A DNA stretch of 63,884 nucleotides, filler included, from Basidiobolus meristosporus CBS 931.73 (lineage: Eukaryota; Fungi; Basidiobolomycota): assembly GCA_002104905.1 (NCBI GenBank). It is 3 parts of 3 records of this genome, joined end to end, with 100 filler letters (N's around TTAATTAATTAA, not from the genome) between each part and the next. Parts side by side here need not be neighbours in the genome. Positions count along the whole stretch, not along the records: positions 1 to 29,303 come from MCFE01000870.1; 2 more parts are not named here. One strand, given 5' to 3'. The notes beneath the pieces are model-generated. The model was not told where the DNA came from. It ran no database searches and saw only the letters and a list, made by a program, of their open reading frames with translations. Below are positions 10,974 through 20,785 of this stretch, piece after piece (the first letter of the stretch is position 1; each line of letters begins with the position of its first letter). The position numbers and the translations under genes are program-made.

Positions 10974-13838
10974 ATGGAAGTGATGTCGCCATCTAGCATA
11001 CTCCCATCCAGGGTCTCAAGGAAAGTCCAACCTCAGAGCCCGATATCAAACGCACGCAAGAGCCTCTTCACGGGCACTTCATCCCCTGGCACACTAGTCG
11101 GTGGCAAAACACCGTATCATAACAGGCTCGAGAAGAAATTCAACAGCTACGACCCCAACAGGGAACCGGTCAAGACGTATCTACGCATCCGGCCGGGCCC
11201 CACGCGCAACCTACAAACAAGTCTGCCGTCAAGCTATTTGAACTTGGTCAGTGATAATGAGGTACTTATGGCCCCTCCGACAGAATCCAACGCTTACAAG
11301 GTTCGCTCCGGCATACAAGAACGGTTCAAATTCACCAAAGTGTTCAGTGAAGAAACCGAACAGCAAGATTTCTTCCAGGAAACTGCACGACCACTCATCG
11401 AGCAGGTGATCGAAGGGGAGAATGCGTTGATCTTTGCCTACGGTGTGTCAAATTCGGGTAAAACTTACACCATTCAGGGTTCCCGAGAGCATCCGGGGTT
11501 GCTACCCCGCAGTTTGGAGTTGATTTTGAACAGCATTCAGGAGAATCAAAGCAACGATCAGCTTCGACCAGTGAGATATTCCGAAGTCGAGAATTTCAAA
11601 AATCACCGGGACTTCAACGTGACGTATGATGAGTCCCTACACTCCTACGAGAAACCGGAGCAATCTCCCGACAAGATCGCCTGTGATCCAGACTACGAGT
11701 ACGCCGTCTGGGTTTCCTATGCCGAGATTTACAACGAGAAGGTGTATGACCTGTTGGATTCCTCCTCCCTTGCCGACACCAAACGGAGCTCCCTGACTCT
11801 GAAGAAAGACCGCAAAACCGGGTACAAGTACATCCATGGCCTGAGAGAATTCCGAGTGAACTCCGTTGAGGACGGCTACCAATTGCTCAACCAAGGGCAG
11901 AAGAACCGAACCGTTTTCTCAACTATGCTGAACGCAGTTTCTAGTCGTAGCCACAGTATATTCACCATCAAGTTAATCAGAGTTCCTAAGAACGCCATGA
12001 CTGAGGAGCTGAAGATCAAGTACTCCTCGGTTAGCCGGATCTCTTTGGTAGATTTGGCAGGTGCTGAGCGCAGTAAGCTGACCCAAAATACAGGTGAAAG
12101 ATTGAAGGAGGCGAACAACATCAACAAGTCTTTGATGGTGTTAGGCCAGTGTCTAGTCAGCTTGAGGCACAACCAGACCCGTGAACACAAGGAAGTGGTT
12201 CCTTTCCGTCAGTCCAAATTGACCGAAATGTTCCAGAGCTCGTTTACCGGGGAGGCTAAAGCGGTGATGCTGGTTAATGTCAATCCGTACGAGACGAGTT
12301 TCGCCGAAACAAGCCACGTTCTGAAATTCGCGGCTGTTGCAATGGATATCACCACGGTAAGAAGAACTGTGCAAAAAGTGAAGGTCACGAAATTGCTGGA
12401 GATGGAAGCACAACTTGCTACGCCCACTAAGCCTCCCAAGCGGCCAAGCTTTGACTCCGACTTCGTTTCAGAGGAGGATGAGTATGAGTCTGACGAGGAG
12501 ATGTACATCGCCGACATGGTCAAGAAGTATGAGGATATTCTATACGAGATTCGCGAGAAATGGTTGGATGCCGAGTCGAGGTGCGCCAATATGGAGACGA
12601 TAATCCGCGAGGAATTGACTAACGAATTCGCCTCCCAAGTCAAGCATCTAGAGAGTCTATTCAGCTTACGCTTGACCAATGAATCCGACATGAACGAATT
12701 CAAAACGGAAAGGAAAATCGACATTGTTAGTCGAAACACCATGTTCATGGTCCAACCATTGAACCAACTGGATTCGAATATTGGTAATGAGATTGAGCTT
12801 CAGAAGTCGCGAATCATTTCTTTGGAGCACAACATCCGTGAACTGGAGTTCGATTTAGCAGCGACGAGAGGGCTTGTTGCTGCTGAGAAGTCTCAAAAGC
12901 TGGCCCTCTACGACAAGTTGCAAACCGTAGAAGAATCTATGGCCTCCGAAATCCAGCGTTCCGTGGCAACAGCTTTGGAGAAGCAGGCGGAGGAGCAATC
13001 TTTGAAGTACTCCAAGCTACAAACTGCGTATGGATCGTTGCATAGCAACTACTCACAGATGGAAAAGTATCTCAAGGAGATGGTGGAGGAAAATCTGGAG
13101 TTGAAAAAAGAATTCGACAAAGACAAGGCGTATTTGCAGCATAAGAACTCCCGTTTACTAGAAATCGCATCGTTCTGCCAGAAAGAGAATGGCTTGCATG
13201 AGGAAGAGAAGGCCACTCAGGTGACACCCACAAAGCCCAAGCCAAACGCATTCATGCACACCACCCCCGAGTCTCAAATCTACAGTATCCCAGCCCCAAG
13301 CTCTACCGTATTGTCGAAGAGCGAGATTGCAAAATCTGGCTTCTTGAAGAAGTATCTCTGGGGCAAGAAGAAGCTGGCTTATAATTCATATGAAGCCATA
13401 TCAGTTGATGCAGAGACAGCAAACACTACCATTGTCAAAGGCCCTATCATCAAGTCACCGACTGGAGGTGTTCAGGTTGTGTTCAACGAGATAGAGACCC
13501 ATCCTACCGTTGAAATGGAAAACCCCATTCCGAGCCCAGCTATTCAAGCGCTTCGTGCCCAGCAAGAGAAGAAACCCTTGAGCCCGTTCATCAAGAAAGC
13601 CCGGGATTTATTCCGCAAAACTCCGGCCAAAAATGTTGTGACTACTGACGAGGACAATATCTTTGATGCTGGCAATCAAAGTGTCAAGAAGAAGACCAAG
13701 AAGCTGAGAGTCAAGAAAGCGGTGACTGAGCAGGACATCAGCAACAATGTACAATCTATCGAGAAAGATAGCCGGACTCCCATGAAATTCAGACTACGTC
13801 AAAGAAATGGCACCAAGCCTGATTATCAAGGCGCTTAG
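10974..13838 (+). CDS. Kinesin-6 family mitotic kinesin (KIF20/KIF23/Klp9-like), 954 aa, single exon
   Basis: N-terminal motor with P-loop GVSNSGKTYT, SSRSH, LVDLAGAER and VPFRQSKLT. Long insert after the P-loop helix (kinesin-6 loop L6), then a coiled coil and a basic tail. Subfamily assignment is inference. Confidence 0.9.
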   Translation: MEVMSPSSILPSRVSRKVQPQSPISNARKSLFTGTSSPGTLVGGKTPYHNRLEKKFNSYDPNREPVKTYLRIRPGPTRNLQTSLPSSYLNLVSDNEVLMAPPTESNAYKVRSGIQERFKFTKVFSEETEQQDFFQETARPLIEQVIEGENALIFAYGVSNSGKTYTIQGSREHPGLLPRSLELILNSIQENQSNDQLRPVRYSEVENFKNHRDFNVTYDESLHSYEKPEQSPDKIACDPDYEYAVWVSYAEIYNEKVYDLLDSSSLADTKRSSLTLKKDRKTGYKYIHGLREFRVNSVEDGYQLLNQGQKNRTVFSTMLNAVSSRSHSIFTIKLIRVPKNAMTEELKIKYSSVSRISLVDLAGAERSKLTQNTGERLKEANNINKSLMVLGQCLVSLRHNQTREHKEVVPFRQSKLTEMFQSSFTGEAKAVMLVNVNPYETSFAETSHVLKFAAVAMDITTVRRTVQKVKVTKLLEMEAQLATPTKPPKRPSFDSDFVSEEDEYESDEEMYIADMVKKYEDILYEIREKWLDAESRCANMETIIREELTNEFASQVKHLESLFSLRLTNESDMNEFKTERKIDIVSRNTMFMVQPLNQLDSNIGNEIELQKSRIISLEHNIRELEFDLAATRGLVAAEKSQKLALYDKLQTVEESMASEIQRSVATALEKQAEEQSLKYSKLQTAYGSLHSNYSQMEKYLKEMVEENLELKKEFDKDKAYLQHKNSRLLEIASFCQKENGLHEEEKATQVTPTKPKPNAFMHTTPESQIYSIPAPSSTVLSKSEIAKSGFLKKYLWGKKKLAYNSYEAISVDAETANTTIVKGPIIKSPTGGVQVVFNEIETHPTVEMENPIPSPAIQALRAQQEKKPLSPFIKKARDLFRKTPAKNVVTTDEDNIFDAGNQSVKKKTKKLRVKKAVTEQDISNNVQSIEKDSRTPMKFRLRQRNGTKPDYQGA

Positions 13839-14751
13839 TCAACATCGACTTCGACCACCAAGCCATTTTCTATTTTCTATTAATTTTCTTGTACATTCTT
13901 GCGAAAGTAGCCTATTTTTCATCCAATTGTTTATTAAATATTCACTGCCAAATCTGATCAGAAGGAATTGACCTAGGTTTGCATTCTACACACCCATCTC
14001 CTTGAACCTTGATATATTTTGGAATGATTATACTAGGATACATTGCTCCCATTTATTTCACCAACAAATTGAATGCTGCCCCCATATCACATGCCGTAAG
14101 AATGATTCCTCTTGTTTGTCAGATTCGGTGTTCAATGATGGCTTCTAAATCATAATGCACGAGGTGTAGATTTCCTTGGGTGATTTAAAACAATGATCAA
14201 TTTTACACGAGGTAGAGTTTACTGTGTTTAGTAATAGTCACAAATGAGGAGAAACGCTTAATCTAGTTATAGCCATCACAACTGAATGGTGGTTGTTTCA
14301 TTGGTACCGTTGTATGGATGATCAGTTGAAGTGAGATTGATGTAAGTAATGTAAATTGCCGCGCGTATTCAACATGAACCAGTAGAACTGGTTTACCGAA
14401 CCGGTCGAATATAGTCAAACCAAATCAAAAAAAGCGGTTCGTTAATGGGTAGTTAGAGGGTTGCACGCATGTATCCTACCAAGATTATCAATATGAAATC
14501 TTACAAGCAACTCACCACGTTTCTATGACCTTAACTTGATCCTTGAGGGGAAATTTTCATCAGAGCTGAGTAATATTGTGCTTCGAATGGTAGCAGGCTA
14601 GATAATCAAGCCAAGTATCACCTAGTTGGCATGACCGGGTTCGATACATACTACTAGAACTACAACTCACGGGGTTACTGTGGAGAAACTCAATTTACCT
14701 CATGAACACAAGAGTAGTTACTTGCTTTGAAGCTCACCACACGATCAGTCC

Positions 14752-14758
14752 TATAAAA
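14752..14758 (+). promoter_or_regulatory. Putative TATA box of permease copy 1
   Basis: TATAAAA about 52 nt upstream of the ATG at 14811. Confidence 0.45.
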
Positions 14759-14810
14759 TGTCAGTACTTCAGCCAAAACATTAACGAGACAGAATAGTCT
14801 GATTGAAAGG

Positions 14811-16547
14811 ATGAAGAAAGTGGAAGTTAACTCTGGCATGGATGATAAAGACATCATCTCAACCGAGCCTGCGGCTTATCCCGATACTGAAGACAGCAAT
14901 CTAAAGTGGTACCTGCGCAACCTCTGCACAAAGGATGGCTGGATCGGTGAATACAACATTGGGTTCCTTTGTCTGCCGAACTTGCCTGGATTTGCAAAGC
15001 AGCCACCCGCAAGGTTCATTGGAATCAAGGACCGCTTGCCGCTTGCCGTCGCGATCATCATGGGCTTCCAGCACTGCTTGGCCATGCTGGCTGGTGTGGT
15101 CACCCCTCCTATCATTCTCTCGGGCCCGGGGCCACAACACATGAATCTCAACACTGAATACCGTTCCTACCTCATCTCCGCATCACTCATCACCTGCGGC
15201 ATGTTGTCGATGATCCAGATGACGAGGTGGAGGATTCCTGGGACTCGCTACTACATGGGCACCGGCCTGATCACCGTGGTTGGGACTTCATTCACCATCA
15301 TGCCTGTTGCCGAGTCCTCGTTCGACTACATGTACCAGTCGGGGTACTGCCCAACAGTGAAGAATGCCAATGGGGACATCACTCAGTACCTCCCGTGCCC
15401 GGAGGCGTACGGAGCACTGCTCGGGACCACGATGGCCTGCTCTGTCCTCATGATCCTGATCTCGTTTGTGCCGGCAAAGGTTCTCCACAAACTGTTCCCA
15501 CCGCTTGTCACCGGCATCACTGTCACCCTGATCGGAGCCCATCTGGTTGGCTCGGGGCTGAAGAACTGGGGTGGAGGAAGTGGGCCTTGCATCAAGCTCC
15601 CCGAGTCTGGTAACTTTGCCCTCTGCCCGAACGTCAATGCCCCGAATGCCCTCCGCTGGGGCCACATCAAGTACATGGGACTTGGCTTTCTTGTGTTCAT
15701 CTCCATCATCATCTTTGACATCTTCGGCTCGCACTTCATGCGCTCGGCCGAGGTAGTGCTTGGGCTGATTGTGGGGCTGATCGTCTCCTGGACCACGGGG
15801 TATGTGGACACCAGTGTGATCAACGAGGCCCCCGTGGTGACCTTCGTGTGGGTCAAGACGTTCCCACTGAGCATCTACACCCCTGCGATCATCCCGATCC
15901 TGGTGATCTACATGCTGATTGCTGTCGAGTCGATCGGCACCATCACCGCTTGCTGTGATGTCTCGGGTGTGGAAGTCACTGGGCCGGTGTTTGAGACTCG
16001 GATCCAGGGCGGCGTGTTGGCCGATGGGATCAACAGCCTGCTCGCCGGAGCATTCACCAACCCGCCAATGTCCACCTTTGCTCAGAACAACGGGATTGTT
16101 GCACTGACCCGATGCGCCAACATCACCACTGGCTATGCCTGCTGCGTCTTCCTCATTGTCATGGGGGTCTTCTCGAAGCTAGCCTCGGTGTTCCTCGCCA
16201 TTCCCGAGTCGGTGCTGGGCGGAATGACCACATTCCTGTTTGCGAACGTGCTGGTGTCAGGCATTCGCATTCTCTCCTACCTCAAGTGGACCCGTCGCGA
16301 CCGCTTCATTGCTGCGGCCTCGATGACGCTCGGGATGGGCACCACCATCAAGGACGACTGGTTCTCGTATGCGCTTACCAACCTCAAGGGCACGAACACC
16401 GCAGTGAACGGGCTGATCATCTCTGCCGAGATGGTGGTGAACTCTGGCTTCACCATTGCGGCGATTGTCGCGATCATTCTGAACCTTGTGATGCCCAGGG
16501 AGATTGAGGACCTCGAAAACGAGGAGAATGGTCACCACCCAGTTTAG
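14811..16547 (+). CDS. uapA: NCS2/NAT xanthine-uric acid permease (UapA/UapC-like), copy 1, 578 aa, intronless
   Basis: TM1 QH motif (GFQHCLAM), NAT signature FAQNNGIVALTRCAN, IPESVLGG, RRDRFI; many hydrophobic segments. Orthology to uapA versus uapC is not resolvable. Confidence 0.92.
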   Translation: MKKVEVNSGMDDKDIISTEPAAYPDTEDSNLKWYLRNLCTKDGWIGEYNIGFLCLPNLPGFAKQPPARFIGIKDRLPLAVAIIMGFQHCLAMLAGVVTPPIILSGPGPQHMNLNTEYRSYLISASLITCGMLSMIQMTRWRIPGTRYYMGTGLITVVGTSFTIMPVAESSFDYMYQSGYCPTVKNANGDITQYLPCPEAYGALLGTTMACSVLMILISFVPAKVLHKLFPPLVTGITVTLIGAHLVGSGLKNWGGGSGPCIKLPESGNFALCPNVNAPNALRWGHIKYMGLGFLVFISIIIFDIFGSHFMRSAEVVLGLIVGLIVSWTTGYVDTSVINEAPVVTFVWVKTFPLSIYTPAIIPILVIYMLIAVESIGTITACCDVSGVEVTGPVFETRIQGGVLADGINSLLAGAFTNPPMSTFAQNNGIVALTRCANITTGYACCVFLIVMGVFSKLASVFLAIPESVLGGMTTFLFANVLVSGIRILSYLKWTRRDRFIAAASMTLGMGTTIKDDWFSYALTNLKGTNTAVNGLIISAEMVVNSGFTIAAIVAIILNLVMPREIEDLENEENGHHPV

Positions 16548-17398
16548 ATAAACCTAAGATTATCAAAACCATGGACCGAAAAAAGGTCGGATATAACATA
16601 AGGATCAATTAGTGCACTGAATTGCTTTGGAACTCAATCTTTATATGGGGATAGTGATTCCATTTGGTTGTAATAAACCAGCTTAAGTTTCAAATCGGTT
16701 TCCAGTTTGAATATCATCGGGAAGAGCGAATATTTAGTTGGCATTTACTTATCCCACTAGGAAATATAATCCAACTTTGATTTTAGTGCTCAACCTTCCC
16801 GAGTATTGCTTTTACATGATCTCCGAATTTATCTTATATAATATATACCATGTGGTCATCTGTATATTCTGCAAAGTGCCATTGTCAGACCCTCCATGAA
16901 TTTAGTTCTCGGGTGATGGATTAGCCTTGCAAGTTTTTGGGAACTGCCCAATATCTATTTATCATAGACCAATTCCCAAATTCTTCTGTTAACCTTAACC
17001 ATCTTACTGATAGATGCGATTCGAATTTTACGTCCACCTAACAGACCAGTGCTCAAGGGAGTATGCCAATTGTCGCTGTTGTATAAATCTTTACAACTAA
17101 AATTTGACTGGTATGTTTGGGGTATAAACCTGGAGCCAGGCGAAGAATCGTAATAAGAACATTTTGAGACTAGATTTGGTACGGAAAGTTGAACTCCTGT
17201 ATTAATATATCTTAGTGAACTCAAAATGTAAACTCGGTTTATTTTGAATACGAGAGGATCAAAAATCCTCTCAATGTACACGTCCCATAACATTTACGTT
17301 TGGCTGCGGCAACTAGACGTGAGGTTCAATCAAATTAGACTCAGCTTAGGCGTAGTAAGGTACATGTATAGATTGACTACAAATTTCTACCCAGCAGC

Positions 17399-19135
17399 TT
17401 AAGCTGGATGATGATCATTCTCCTCATTCTCAAGATCTTCAATCTCCCTAGGCATCACAAGGTTCAGAATGATCGCGACAATCGCCGCAATGGTGAAGCC
17501 AGAGTTCACCACCATCTCGGCAGAGATGATCAGCCCGTTCACTGCGGTGTTCGTGCCCTTGAGGTTGGTAAGCGCATACGAGAACCAGTCGTCCTTGATG
17601 GTGGTGCCCATCCCGAGCGTCATCGAGGCCGCAGCAATGAAGCGGTCGCGACGGGTCCACTTGAGGTAGGAGAGAATGCGAATGCCTGACACCAGCACGT
17701 TCGCAAACAGGAATGTGGTCATTCCGCCCAGCACCGACTCGGGAATGGCGAGGAACACCGAGGCTAGCTTCGAGAAGACCCCCATGACAATGAGGAAGAC
17801 GCAGCAGGCATAGCCAGTGGTGATGTTGGCGCATCGGGTCAGTGCAACAATCCCGTTGTTCTGAGCAAAGGTGGACATTGGCGGGTTGGTGAATGCTCCG
17901 GCGAGCAGGCTGTTGATCCCATCGGCCAACACGCCGCCCTGGATCCGAGTCTCAAACACCGGCCCAGTGACTTCCACACCCGAGACATCACAGCAAGCGG
18001 TGATGGTGCCGATCGACTCGACAGCAATCAGCATGTAGATCACCAGGATCGGGATGATCGCAGGGGTGTAGATGCTCAGTGGGAACGTCTTGACCCACAC
18101 GAAGGTCACCACGGGGGCCTCGTTGATCACACTGGTGTCCACATACCCCGTGGTCCAGGAGACGATCAGCCCCACAATCAGCCCAAGCACTACCTCGGCC
18201 GAGCGCATGAAGTGCGAGCCGAAGATATCAAAGATGATGATGGAGATGAACACAAGAAAGCCAAGTCCCATGTACTTGATGTGGCCCCAACGGAGGGCAT
18301 TCGGGGCATTGACGTTCGGGCAGAGGGCAAAGTTACCAGACTCGGGGAGCTTGATGCAAGGCCCACTTCCTCCACCCCAGTTCTTCAGCCCCGAGCCAAC
18401 CAGATGGGCTCCGATCAGGGTGACAGTGATGCCGGTGACAAGCGGTGGGAACAGTTTGTGGAGAACCTTTGCCGGCACAAACGAGATCAGGATCATGAGG
18501 ACAGAGCAGGCCATCGTGGTCCCGAGCAGTGCTCCGTACGCCTCCGGGCACGGGAGGTACTGAGTGATGTCCCCATTGGCATTCTTCACTGTTGGGCAGT
18601 ACCCCGACTGGTACATGTAGTCGAACGAGGACTCGGCAACAGGCATGATGGTGAATGAAGTCCCAACCACGGTGATCAGGCCGGTGCCCATGTAGTAGCG
18701 AGTCCCAGGAATCCTCCACCTCGTCATCTGGATCATCGACAACATGCCGCAGGTGATGAGTGATGCGGAGATGAGGTAGGAACGGTATTCAGTGTTGAGA
18801 TTCATGTGCTGTGGCCCCGGGCCCGAGAGAATGATAGGAGGGGTGACCACACCAGCCAGCATGGCCAAGCAGTGCTGGAAGCCCATGATGATCGCGACGG
18901 CAAGCGGCAAGCGGTCCTTGATTCCAATGAACCTTGCGGGTGGCTGCTTTGCAAATCCAGGCAAGTTCGGCAGACAAAGGAACCCAATGTTGTATTCACC
19001 GATCCAGCCATCCTTTGTGCAGAGGTTGCGCAGGTACCACTTTAGATTGCTGTCTTCAGTATCGGGATAAGCTGCAGGCTCGGTTGAGATGATGTCTTTA
19101 TCATCCATGCCAGAGTTAATTTCCACTTTCTTCAT
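17399..19135 (-). CDS. uapA: NCS2/NAT xanthine-uric acid permease (UapA/UapC-like), copy 2, 578 aa, intronless
   Basis: Reverse-complement near-identical copy of 14811-16547. Protein differs at position 6 (I vs V) and in the last residues (DHHPA vs GHHPV). Confidence 0.92.
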   Translation of the reverse strand: MKKVEINSGMDDKDIISTEPAAYPDTEDSNLKWYLRNLCTKDGWIGEYNIGFLCLPNLPGFAKQPPARFIGIKDRLPLAVAIIMGFQHCLAMLAGVVTPPIILSGPGPQHMNLNTEYRSYLISASLITCGMLSMIQMTRWRIPGTRYYMGTGLITVVGTSFTIMPVAESSFDYMYQSGYCPTVKNANGDITQYLPCPEAYGALLGTTMACSVLMILISFVPAKVLHKLFPPLVTGITVTLIGAHLVGSGLKNWGGGSGPCIKLPESGNFALCPNVNAPNALRWGHIKYMGLGFLVFISIIIFDIFGSHFMRSAEVVLGLIVGLIVSWTTGYVDTSVINEAPVVTFVWVKTFPLSIYTPAIIPILVIYMLIAVESIGTITACCDVSGVEVTGPVFETRIQGGVLADGINSLLAGAFTNPPMSTFAQNNGIVALTRCANITTGYACCVFLIVMGVFSKLASVFLAIPESVLGGMTTFLFANVLVSGIRILSYLKWTRRDRFIAAASMTLGMGTTIKDDWFSYALTNLKGTNTAVNGLIISAEMVVNSGFTIAAIVAIILNLVMPREIEDLENEENDHHPA

Positions 19136-19785
19136 TCTTGGCCTACTTGGAATTCAACAGTTGGTCAGATATTTTTTATTTGGTTCGAGTCTCGGTTTGC
19201 TCTTTTTATTGCCAAAATCCGAGAAATAGGAAGATCCAGAAGCAAGCATATTTCCAACACTAGCTGAAATTGTGGCAACTGCAATATACGGCTTTACCCA
19301 TAACTAATTTGCGTACAACTACTCACTTGTGCCATGTTTCTCCACGTTCACCACGGATATTGGTAATTTATCAGGATTTATGCTAAATTCACAATGATAC
19401 CCAAACATTTAATTACCTCGATCTACGGTTTAGATGCAGAAACTCATGAGTCCGTTAGTTACGAATACTTTAAAATGTTCACCGCTTTGGTGAGGTACCT
19501 TTAAATTACCATTTCAGAAAAATACAAGTTCACCCTCTTGAATTTCCTTTTATTCAGTCACAAACAATCGTACAAAATCACCCTTTACAGGGTAAGCAAT
19601 GCAATTTGAGTCAAATAGTACTGTATTTCACCACAAACACATTCTTGGATGTATCTGGTTGTCGGTAACTTGTGGAGAAACGAAATAGAACGACGCTAAT
19701 TGAACTGGTCTGTTATATGCAATTTTTTAGGTGTGGTATTTCTGGCGAGTAACTGGGACAAGGGTGTCCACTCCACTCTGCGAAT

Positions 19786-20175
19786 GTCATGGGGGTGTTC
19801 TCGAAGCTAGCCTCGGTGTTCCTCGCCATTCCCGAGTCGGTGCTGGGCGGAATGACCACATTCCTGTTTGCGAACGTGCTGGTGTCAGACATTCGCATTC
19901 TCTCCTACCTCAAGTGGACCCGTCGTGACCGCTTCGTTGCTGCGGCCTCGATGACGCTCGGGATGGGCACCACCATCAAGGACGACTGGTTCTCGTATGC
20001 GCTTACCAACCTCAAGGGCACGAACACCGCAGTGAACGGGCTGATCATCTCTGCCGAGATGGTGGTGAACTCTGGCTTCACCATTGCGGCGATTGTCGCG
20101 ATCATTCTGAACCTTGTGATGCCCAAGGAGATTGAGGACCTCGAGAAAGAGCTGAACGATCACCATCCAGCCTAG
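19786..20175 (+). pseudogene. 5'-truncated third permease copy (128-codon ORF from ATG 19789, last TM helices only)
   Basis: Homology to copy 1 starts abruptly at ~19786 (TGTCATGGGG). Substitutions G>D (VSDIRIL) and I>V; distinct tail MPKEIEDLEKELNDHHPA*. Confidence 0.85.
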
Positions 20176-20516
20176 TCCCCTTTTCCTTTTACAATCATTT
20201 CGTTCCTGATAGGCAACCACTTCATATGTTGACCAATCTTCGGTTTCCTGATTGGAACTCTTCTTTCCTGAACAATACCCTTGCCCTCCACCTAACCAGT
20301 GTCTCCTACTATGGGTTGCCCCATATTATCCTATCATGTAGTGAATAACGCATTTCCGTGCGGGGTCTCACCAAGTAGACTCACTTGCGAAATATTTTAT
20401 GCGTGGACTAAGCACAACAACGAATGGAATTCAGTATCATTTACAATTGGGAGAGTAAGTTGATATAGATGAATCGTCAGTATCAGATTTAATTACCTCT
20501 CAATTAATTTAGAACA

Positions 20517-20540
20517 TAATCCTAATCCTAATCCTAATCC
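20517..20540. repeat. (TAATCC)4 hexamer microsatellite
   Basis: Four perfect tandem units. Confidence 0.8.
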
Positions 20541-20785
20541 ATACCTGCAAATTCAATATGAATCATCGCTGTCAATCTACATGTTACATGGGTTGAGAAA
20601 GGTTTTATATAGAAGTAGAGTGATCGTGCTCTGCATTCCCAGGTATGTGCTAGCTCGGTAGTAAAATTGGAGGAGAAAAGGCAGTGTGACATAAGATATC
20701 ACCATGAAGAATACCATTGGCGAAAACAAACAAGTTGCTTACATATCCGGATTCGGAGGTTCCGCATTTCAGGATAACATCCAAC

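Noticed and set aside
16577-16591. CCGA-N7-TCGG resembling a UaY purine-induction site
   Set aside because: Wrong orientation and spacing relative to TCGG-N6-CCGA, located downstream of the gene, and UaY is known from ascomycetes.
16955-17293. 112-aa minus-strand ORF in the spacer between the inverted permeases
   Set aside because: No recognisable motif, AT-rich intergenic composition, and a length compatible with chance.
14876-19070. Many 60-160-aa overlapping and antisense ORFs inside the permease copies
   Set aside because: Shadow ORFs caused by GC-rich codon usage; they recur only because the CDS is duplicated.
20517-20540. (TAATCC)4 as an interstitial telomere or CRISPR-like array
   Set aside because: Only 24 bp, not TTAGGG, no spacers; an ordinary microsatellite. 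No CRISPR-like repeat-spacer array was seen anywhere in the window.
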